DNA from: Alphaproteobacteria bacterium
GTDB taxonomy: Bacteria > Pseudomonadota > Alphaproteobacteria > Paracaedibacterales > CAITNM01
Direction of reading: 5' to 3'
Assembly: GCA_947478955.1 (NCBI GenBank)
Contig: CANJXJ010000001.1
Span: 53,746-117,745 of the forward strand
DNA length: 64,000 nucleotides
Positions 57,874-64,000 of this stretch are shown here, in pieces. Every line of letters starts with the position of its first letter. Within the stretch, counting starts at the first letter, position 1. Below the pieces are notes generated by a model. The model made no database searches. It had not been told where the DNA came from and was given only the letters and a program-made list of their open reading frames with translations. The translations under genes were made by a program, and so were the position numbers.

Positions 57874-58542
57874 TTAAAATGTAAAATTGTCTGGTCCTGT
57901 AAGCTCGGTGCATAATGGCATATTTGTTCCAGTTGTAAAGACCTCATGTAACTTGTTGCTTTTTTTTTCAAAAATACAGGCCTTGGTTAGCCCATTTTCT
58001 GGAGTTGTGATGCAAATGGCCAACTTACCATTTTCCTCTAATTGGTGAATAACGAAATCTGGAATTGATGAAAGTCCAAGCTCAATAATAATCGCCCTAT
58101 AAGGGCCATATTCTTCTAGCCCTAATGCCAAGGGAGTGTTTTGAATGACAGCGCTATATTTTTTTAATCTCTCACGGCATTTAGCAACCAAAATAGGATG
58201 GGATTCAACAATATATGCGCTGCACTTCAATTCAAACAATACAGTTGCTGTATAGCCATAGTTTCCACCAACAACCAAAACCTTATCATCTTGAGATAAG
58301 TTTAAATGTTGTAAAAATATACCCAGGGTTTGCGCTGCAAAAAGATAACGCCCTGGCACATCACAATATATAGGACTATCTCCATAAGCTATAGGTAAAG
58401 AAACTACAGGAACAAAATATTCTCGCGCGGTATTTTCAAAAACATTTAGGATAGATTTACTGATTACGCCATTTGTTTTTAGCTGCGCACATACCATGTT
58501 GCTTCGCGCATTCTTAATAGGATCGACACGGCGAACACGCAT
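57874..58542 (-). CDS. Protein-L-isoaspartate O-methyltransferase-like protein
   Basis: N-terminal MV.AQLKTNGVISKSILNVFENTAREYFVP (compare Pcm ...vpRe.FvP). Degenerate SAM-binding block VLVVGGNYGYTA. Conserved position upstream of rhodanese-tolC. The true start may be the Met at 58497. Confidence 0.55.
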   Translation of the reverse strand: MRVRRVDPIKNARSNMVCAQLKTNGVISKSILNVFENTAREYFVPVVSLPIAYGDSPIYCDVPGRYLFAAQTLGIFLQHLNLSQDDKVLVVGGNYGYTATVLFELKCSAYIVESHPILVAKCRERLKKYSAVIQNTPLALGLEEYGPYRAIIIELGLSSIPDFVIHQLEENGKLAICITTPENGLTKACIFEKKSNKLHEVFTTGTNMPLCTELTGPDNFTF

Positions 58543-58613
58543 CCCTTGACCTTTAGTTGTAAACTTGTGTATTCATTATAGACGGGACGATGGTGCTTTG
58601 ACAAAAAGCAAAT

Positions 58614-58687
58614 GGCCGGGTGGCAGAATGGTTATGCGGAGGACTGCAAATCCTTAAATGTCGGTTCGATTCCGGTCCCGGCCTCCA
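58614..58687 (+). tRNA. tRNA-Cys (anticodon GCA)
   Basis: 74-nt cloverleaf. Acceptor GGCCGGG/CCCGGCC. D stem GCAG/ATGC (13:22 mismatch, as in tRNA-Cys). Anticodon stem GAGGA/TCCTT with loop CTGCAAA. T arm GTCGG-TTCGATT-CCGGT. Discriminator U, encoded CCA. Confidence 0.88.
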
Positions 58688-58812
58688 ATGTCTTATTCAC
58701 TGAAGTTCAATAGCATCCAAAAAACCTTGAGTTATCTTGGTTTTGTTGCTATTGTTTGCTCGATAGAGCTGAATAAAATTTACTAACATCCGGGGGCATA
58801 TGGGGCCATAAA

Positions 58813-58850
58813 TGGGGGCACCAAAACGCTAAACCGGAGAAATGCCCCCA
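58813..58850 (+). promoter_or_regulatory. Inverted repeat enclosing the integrase ribosome-binding site
   Basis: TGGGGGCA (58813-58820) and TGCCCCCA (58843-58850) are perfect reverse complements. The 22-nt loop contains GGAGA, and the int ATG is at 58853. A further GGGGGCAT lies at 58792-58799. Confidence 0.35.
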
Positions 58851-58852
58851 CC

Positions 58853-60070
58853 ATGAAATTAACTGATACTGCCTGTAAAAATGCCAAGCCTAGCGAAAAA
58901 TCTCGTAAATTATCAGATGGCGCTGGCTTATACCTTGAGGTCATGCCTAACGGTAGTAAATATTGGCGATTGAAATATCGTTATGGGGGCAAAGAAAAAA
59001 GATTGGCTCTGGGGGTTTATCCAGCTGTCTCTTTAAAAGACGTCCGCGAAAAGCGCGACAAAGCCCGCAAGCTTATACAAGAAGGCATAGATCCTGCTCA
59101 AGCTAAAAAAGATTTAAAGCATCAGCACTACATTGATACAGAAAATACTTTCAAAAACATAGCTTACGAGTGGCACCGAAACCAAAAACTATCATGGTCA
59201 GAAAGGCACAGCGAAACAATTCTGCGTCGATTAGAAATGAATGTTTTTCCAGCTTTGGGTGGTAAACCTATTCACACTCTAAAGGCACAAGAGCTTCTTT
59301 CCATACTAAGGGTTATTGAAAGCAGAGATGCATTAGATATTGCGCATAGAACATTGCAAACGTGCAGCCAAATCTTTCGTTATGCCATTGCCACGGGCCG
59401 AGCTGAACGGGATATCTCAGCAGATTTAAGAGGAGCCCTAAGAACTCGTAAAAAAGAAAACTACAGTCGATTAGAAGCTAAGGAACTCCCCGAATTTCTA
59501 AAAAAGCTGGAAAAATATGATGGTGATTTACAAACTATTTTAGGTTTCAAGCTTCTTATCCTCACATTTGTACGTACAGGAGAATTAAGAGGAGCTCGGT
59601 GGGAAGAATTTGATTTTGAAAAAGCTGAATGGCGTATACCTGCTGAACGCATGAAAATGAAAGAACTTCATATAGTCCCTTTATCAAAACAATCAATTGC
59701 TGCCTTAAAAGAGCTTCAGGAAATCAATGGATCCAGAGAATACATCTTACCCAATCGTAATAAGCCAACAACTTTTATCAGTGAAAATACCCTTCTTTAT
59801 GCTTTGTATAGAATGGGTTATCACAGCAGAGCCACCCCTCATGGGTTTAGGGCAACTGCTTCTACCATTTTGAATGAGCATAATTTTCGTTCAGACGTTA
59901 TTGAGCGTCAACTAGCACATGGTGAGCGTAACAAAGTAAGAGCAAGCTATAACCATGCTCAGTACTTACCTGAACGTCGGCAAATGATGCAATGGTGGGC
60001 GGATTATTTGGATGCTGTGGCCGATGGTGGGAATAACGTGGTCATCGGGAATTTTGGAAGAGCTGCATAA
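58853..60070 (+). CDS. int: Tyrosine recombinase, P4/CP4-57-type integrase
   Basis: DUF4102-type N-terminus (KLTDTACKNAKP...KLSDGAGLYLEV.PNGSKYWRLKYRYGGKEKRLALGVYP). Catalytic residues: TGELRGARW (Arg), HGFRATAST (His-x-x-Arg), LAHGERNKVRASYNHAQY (His ... Tyr). Confidence 0.92.
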   Translation: MKLTDTACKNAKPSEKSRKLSDGAGLYLEVMPNGSKYWRLKYRYGGKEKRLALGVYPAVSLKDVREKRDKARKLIQEGIDPAQAKKDLKHQHYIDTENTFKNIAYEWHRNQKLSWSERHSETILRRLEMNVFPALGGKPIHTLKAQELLSILRVIESRDALDIAHRTLQTCSQIFRYAIATGRAERDISADLRGALRTRKKENYSRLEAKELPEFLKKLEKYDGDLQTILGFKLLILTFVRTGELRGARWEEFDFEKAEWRIPAERMKMKELHIVPLSKQSIAALKELQEINGSREYILPNRNKPTTFISENTLLYALYRMGYHSRATPHGFRATASTILNEHNFRSDVIERQLAHGERNKVRASYNHAQYLPERRQMMQWWADYLDAVADGGNNVVIGNFGRAA

Positions 60071-60079
60071 GGAATTGTT

Positions 60080-60985
60080 GTGAAAAATAAAAAAAGCAAG
60101 GTTGAAGAAGTTCTTCAATTCCCCAATATTGAATTATTTGAACAATTACCTTGTCCCATAAAGGAAGTAGTAAGCAATTTCTGTAAAATGGCTCCAACAA
60201 AACAGAATAATTTTAACGTTCCAGGGTACACTCCATCTGAAACATTCGGAGATTATATTACAAAAACTTGGTTAGTATTTACTGATGAATCAACTCACCG
60301 CGTATGGCAAAAACTATTGAGTTTAAATTCTAAAAATGTAGAAAACGCTTCCATTAAGCACTTTACTATAGAAATGCGAGCTCAAAAAATAGCGCAAGTT
60401 TTATTGCATATGAAAAATCACAAAGAGTTTGTATTTGATCAATTTAATTACTGCCAATGGCATATAAAAAATAAAGAACCAATACTCAATAAAATTAGAT
60501 CGCTTATTAAAGCCAAACAAAATTACTTGTTATCAGCCTCTCAAGACCAATTTTTAGCTGCTAATGACACTTTACTTAATCATTTAATTGAAGAAGAAAA
60601 AAAAGAAATCGCCGATATCCAAAGGTTGAAAGATCAATTAGGCGACATTCGAAGATTTCAAACTGAATTTATGCCTGTTACCCGACAATCAAACGGCACA
60701 GGAGAAGCAACACTCTCCGCATGTTTTTTGCATGTAGCATTTAAAAGACTGTATGGAAAACCAAGACATGCAGACGTAGCAATTTTAGTGAATGCTTTAC
60801 ATAAGAGCACACGTTATACAGAAAAATGTATTGCAGCTATGGTTCGACGGTCTAAAAAACTTGAAATGAACAAAATAGCTTTACCTTTGCAAGGTGTGTT
60901 TGAGGGGTTCTTACGATCAGGCATAGCTAATAATGGTCTATGTTTTTGGATAACTAGCGCAATGAAAAATGAATCTTCATTATGA
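60080..60985 (+). CDS. Hypothetical protein (island cargo, no recognisable domain)
   Basis: 301-aa ORF with a GTG start 10 nt after the int stop. Helical, Lys/Gln-rich composition. I recognise no motif. Confidence 0.5.
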   Translation: MKNKKSKVEEVLQFPNIELFEQLPCPIKEVVSNFCKMAPTKQNNFNVPGYTPSETFGDYITKTWLVFTDESTHRVWQKLLSLNSKNVENASIKHFTIEMRAQKIAQVLLHMKNHKEFVFDQFNYCQWHIKNKEPILNKIRSLIKAKQNYLLSASQDQFLAANDTLLNHLIEEEKKEIADIQRLKDQLGDIRRFQTEFMPVTRQSNGTGEATLSACFLHVAFKRLYGKPRHADVAILVNALHKSTRYTEKCIAAMVRRSKKLEMNKIALPLQGVFEGFLRSGIANNGLCFWITSAMKNESSL

Positions 60986-61308
60986 AAATTTTATTTATTC
61001 ATTATTAAGCAATCTATTAGTCCAAACAGATAAACCCCTTTAAATTTACTGATATGCCTAGCAAGTATTGTAAAAACTTCTCGCTTAGATTTTTTTAAAA
61101 TAGCTAAAATTTTGTCAGTATGTATTAACTTCTGCTGATGCCATGCAGTTTATTCGTAAGTTCAAATTCTTGGACTCCTTACCCTTTAAAAATACAATAA
61201 CTCGATATCAAAAAATAAGCCTAGACACTCAACCTTAACATCGAATGCATGCACTCGTATATTTTTCTTATTGAATCTTAACACAGCCTATAAGGAGCTT
61301 TTAATTTT

Positions 61309-61545
61309 ATGCGAACATCATTACCTGAAACTGGTTTCTTACGTCTAGAAATGGTTCTCAAATACATACCCGTAGGTAAAACCACCTGGTGGAATGGCGT
61401 AAAAACAGGACGATTTCCTAAAGCAATAAAATTAGGTAAACGCATTACAGCATGGCGAGCTGAAGACATCCGTGCCCTCATTGATCAATCAGACCAATCA
61501 ACAGCTTCTAAAAACGCTTTTATAAGCTGTGAGAGGGGTGTGTAA
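61309..61545 (+). CDS. alpA: AlpA-family phage/island transcriptional regulator-excisionase
   Basis: 78 aa. LRLEMVLKYIPVGKTTWWNGVKTGRFPKAIKLGKRITAWRAEDIRALI matches the AlpA/Phage_AlpA HTH pattern. AAGGAG lies 10 nt upstream of the ATG. Confidence 0.85.
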   Translation: MRTSLPETGFLRLEMVLKYIPVGKTTWWNGVKTGRFPKAIKLGKRITAWRAEDIRALIDQSDQSTASKNAFISCERGV

Positions 61546-61922
61546 TGAAAGCACAAATAGGCGCACCCGCTAGCCACAGCGGGCACTACAGATACGTATC
61601 TCAATCTAACAGCAGCCATTTACATAATCAATATGAGATTGATTATGAACGATTAAAAGATAAGTCGAGGCCTCATACTCTAGCGCTTTTACAACGCGTG
61701 TTGCCTGAAGGAAGACTAGAGAGAAATGAATACGTTGCCCGCAATCCTAGGCGACCTGATAAGTGTCTTGGATCGTTTAAATTCAATATCAACAATCACA
61801 AATGGCAGGACTTTGCGACAAAAGATAAGGGAGGCGACATCATTTCTTTGTGGGCTTACGTAAAAGGTATTCGCCAAATAGATGCAGCAAGAGAAATACT
61901 AGCCATCGTTGGAGGTGTGTGA
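61545..61922 (+). CDS. Primase N-terminal-domain-like protein (separate ORF)
   Basis: EYVARNPRRPDKCLGSFKFNINNHKWQDFATKDKGGDIISLWAYV resembles the N-terminal module (NP.R.D...GSF..N...G.W.DFa....GGD.i.L) found fused to Toprim in P4-family primases. The start overlaps the alpA stop; the stop overlaps the next start. Confidence 0.45.
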   Translation: MKAQIGAPASHSGHYRYVSQSNSSHLHNQYEIDYERLKDKSRPHTLALLQRVLPEGRLERNEYVARNPRRPDKCLGSFKFNINNHKWQDFATKDKGGDIISLWAYVKGIRQIDAAREILAIVGGV

Positions 61923-63991
61923 TGAACATGTTACCTCTAACACCAGAAGAATTAGCTCGTTCAGTGATTAAAAATACAAATACAGAAGATGATGGCGCAC
62001 CAATACTGCCCATTCCAGATGGTATAGACCTAAAAACAATTTCTGATAACTCTAAAATGATTACGCCTTATAGAGATATGTCTGGGAAAGTACTATTTTA
62101 TGTCGCGAGATACCAGAAGACCAATGATCAAAAAGTAGACTTACCATATTGTTGGTGGAAGTATTCCGATGGTCGTGAAAAGTGGAAATGTAAACAACCT
62201 TTGGAATGTAATCGGCCCTTATTAAATTTACACAACATTATTAAGCAGTTCGACAAGCCAGTCTATGTTGGTGAGGGAGAAAAAGTAGTTTCCGCATTAC
62301 AGGAACTTTTCCCAGGTACCGTTGCGACAACATCAAGCGGCGGAGCAAATGCAGCTTCTAAAACTGATTGGTCTGCTTTAAGTAGCCGTGATGTGGTTTT
62401 ATTTTTAGACAATGATCCTGCAGGAGCTAATTACGGTAGAGAGGTTTATAACCTTTGCCAGCAAGCCGGTGCCAGGTCTATAAAATTATTTCGCCCAGAG
62501 ATTTTTGCTCAATACGCCATTGAAGATGGTCAGATTATTGAACGCACACGAGAGCTTCCTGATGGTTATGATCTTGCTGATGCTCAAGAAGAGGGCTGGA
62601 CTGCTGATTTATTGTCAGGATTTGAAAAAACTACAGGAGTGCCATTGTTTGTGGAATATGAAAATATATTTCCTGCTTCAGGCAATGAATGTCCCGATAC
62701 CAAAACATTTCAACGGTTAGCAGCTTATTCACTCATTGAATATGAGCGAGTAAGAAAAGATGAAGCAAAGCGTCTAAACGTTAATGTATCTGCCTTAGAC
62801 CACGAAGTAAAAAAATGGCGCACTCAAAATTCTAATGAAGAAAAAAAGGAACTTTCAGACATTTTCCCCACCATAGAACCTTGGCCTGATCCTATATGCA
62901 TAGATGAAATTTTGACAGAGATCACTACATTATTTAATAGATTTGCAATATTGCCAGCTCATGCAGATACAGCTTTAGCTTTGTGGGTCACATTTACGTG
63001 GTGTATTGAGTATGTAGATGTTGCACCTATCTTAACCCTGTCTTCGCCTGAAAAGCAGTGCGGTAAGACCACTGTTCTTTCAATCATAGGTAAACTTGCA
63101 TTAAAGCCTTTACCTGCTTCTAATATATCTGCAGCCGCTTTATTCAGGGCAATAGAAAAATGGCAACCAACCCTGATCATTGATGAAGCTGATACCTTTA
63201 TTGGTGCATCACATGAATTAAGAGGAGTTATTAATTCAGGTCATGCACGTCCTACAGCTTATGTAATTAGAACAGTGGGAGAGGATCATACCCCAAAACA
63301 ATTCAGTACATGGGGAGCTAAAGTCATTGCTCTAATAGGTAAATTACCTGATACGTTAAATGATCGCTCTATTGTCATTGAGTTACAGCGAAAACACACC
63401 AATGAAAAAACCGAAAAATTAAGGCATGTGGACCAGCAAATTTTTGCTGATTTAAGACGTAAGCTTTTGCGATTTTCTCAAGATAATGGACATCTTATTA
63501 AAGGCGCTTGCCCAAATCTTCCCACTAACATTTCAGACCGAGCTGCTGATAATTGGGAGTCTTTACTCGCAATTGCAGGACTTGCAGGGCAAAACTGGAT
63601 GGATAAAGCTCATAAAGCTGCTGCTTTTTTATCAAATCGTGTAAAAGATTCTGTTTCTTTAGGAAATCAGTTGCTTTTTAATATTCAACAGATTTTTCAA
63701 AGAAATAATGGTGTAGACAAACTATCGACAGCAGCGCTTATTGAAGGTCTTTGTAATGATGATGAGTTACGGTGGCTTACATATAATGCAGGGAAGCCTA
63801 TTACCCCCAAACAAATTGCAGCATTATTGAATGCTTATAAAATTCACAGTAAAAGTATCAAATTTGAAAATGGTACAGTTTTAAGGGGATTTGAAAAAAG
63901 CCAGTTTGAAGATGTCTGGAATCGATATCTTTCTCCGGGCCCTTCTGAAAATGCCGCTACTCCGCTACCAATATTACTACTTTCTAAATAA
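61922..63991 (+). CDS. Toprim-domain plus DUF3631 P-loop protein (island primase/replication protein)
   Basis: Toprim: VYVGEGEKVVSA ... VVLFLDNDPAGANYG. DUF3631-type block: SSPEKQCGKTTVLS, LIIDEADTF, GVINSGHARPTAYVIR, LPDTLNDRSIVIELQRK. The ATG at 61922 overlaps the preceding TGA. The ORF-track start at 61850 is an out-of-context extension. Confidence 0.75.
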   Translation: MNMLPLTPEELARSVIKNTNTEDDGAPILPIPDGIDLKTISDNSKMITPYRDMSGKVLFYVARYQKTNDQKVDLPYCWWKYSDGREKWKCKQPLECNRPLLNLHNIIKQFDKPVYVGEGEKVVSALQELFPGTVATTSSGGANAASKTDWSALSSRDVVLFLDNDPAGANYGREVYNLCQQAGARSIKLFRPEIFAQYAIEDGQIIERTRELPDGYDLADAQEEGWTADLLSGFEKTTGVPLFVEYENIFPASGNECPDTKTFQRLAAYSLIEYERVRKDEAKRLNVNVSALDHEVKKWRTQNSNEEKKELSDIFPTIEPWPDPICIDEILTEITTLFNRFAILPAHADTALALWVTFTWCIEYVDVAPILTLSSPEKQCGKTTVLSIIGKLALKPLPASNISAAALFRAIEKWQPTLIIDEADTFIGASHELRGVINSGHARPTAYVIRTVGEDHTPKQFSTWGAKVIALIGKLPDTLNDRSIVIELQRKHTNEKTEKLRHVDQQIFADLRRKLLRFSQDNGHLIKGACPNLPTNISDRAADNWESLLAIAGLAGQNWMDKAHKAAAFLSNRVKDSVSLGNQLLFNIQQIFQRNNGVDKLSTAALIEGLCNDDELRWLTYNAGKPITPKQIAALLNAYKIHSKSIKFENGTVLRGFEKSQFEDVWNRYLSPGPSENAATPLPILLLSK

Positions 63992-64000
63992 AGGAGCAGA

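Larger units (their letters stand above)
58688..64000 (+). mobile_element. tRNA-Cys-associated integrative island, P4/PICI-like core (int, orphan, alpA, primase); right end outside the window
   Basis: A P4-type integrase starts 165 nt after the tRNA-Cys 3' end. It is followed by an AlpA-family excisionase/regulator and a Toprim+DUF3631 replication protein, all on the + strand. I found no second copy of the tRNA 3' end (attR) in 58700-64000. Confidence 0.75.

Noticed and set aside
61278-61481. 67-aa minus-strand ORF in the island.
   Set aside because: It is antisense to the well-supported alpA gene, with no motif and no RBS.
1-64000. Search by eye for CRISPR arrays, rRNA, IS elements/transposases, toxin-antitoxin pairs, and retron or DGR-like reverse transcriptases.
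   Set aside because: I found no regularly spaced short repeats, no rRNA-like sequence, no transposase, and no RT or Cas-like ORFs in the six-frame track. The only repeat above 100 bp that I found is the 141-bp pair at 13350/16345.

Overview
This 64-kb chromosomal window comes from an AT-rich (roughly 40% G+C by eye), tightly packed genome. Its gene content looks alphaproteobacterial: a PopZ/DUF2497-like protein, a 1510-aa NAD-glutamate dehydrogenase, a monofunctional-length PutA, a pcm-rhodanese-tolC block, a ProP-type MFS transporter, and nuoLMN with no nuoA-K next to it. A Rickettsiales/Holosporales-like, flagellated intracellular lineage is my inference only. All protein calls rest on motif and architecture recognition from the supplied translations; no searches were run. 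I call about 52 CDS, 2 tRNAs (Pro-GGG, Cys-GCA), no rRNA, no CRISPR and no IS element.

Housekeeping genes: infB (3' part), gdh, plsC, putA, gyrA, glnA, rpmE, uvrD, mraY, znuCB, rsmE, ubiA, acnA, uppP, hflX, nuoLMN, tolC.

Flagellar genes: motAB and flgI-flgJ(rod-binding)-flgN-like-flgK-flgL-fliW. A perfect sigma-54 promoter sits in front of flgI.

Points worth a second look:
1. An envelope-glycan modification operon (GT-C-like, GtrB-like GT2, MBOAT, DltD/SGNH-like). Its two acyltransferase genes form an AT-rich cassette bracketed by 141-bp, 95%-identical direct repeats built from the 3' end of the GT2 gene.
2. A ClpX-family AAA+ protein with a hydrophobic, Pro-rich N-terminal half instead of the zinc finger.
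3. FlgI with a ~165-aa Ala/Pro-rich insertion, and MotB with a long charged linker.
4. tRNA-Pro ending 15 nt before the putA start codon.
5. A tRNA-Cys-linked P4/PICI-like island (int, orphan gene, alpA, split primase with Toprim+DUF3631) that runs off the window end.
6. Several head-to-head and tail-to-tail gene overlaps.

I did not find a clearly complete, wholly novel multi-gene system. The strongest candidates are items 1, 2 and 5.
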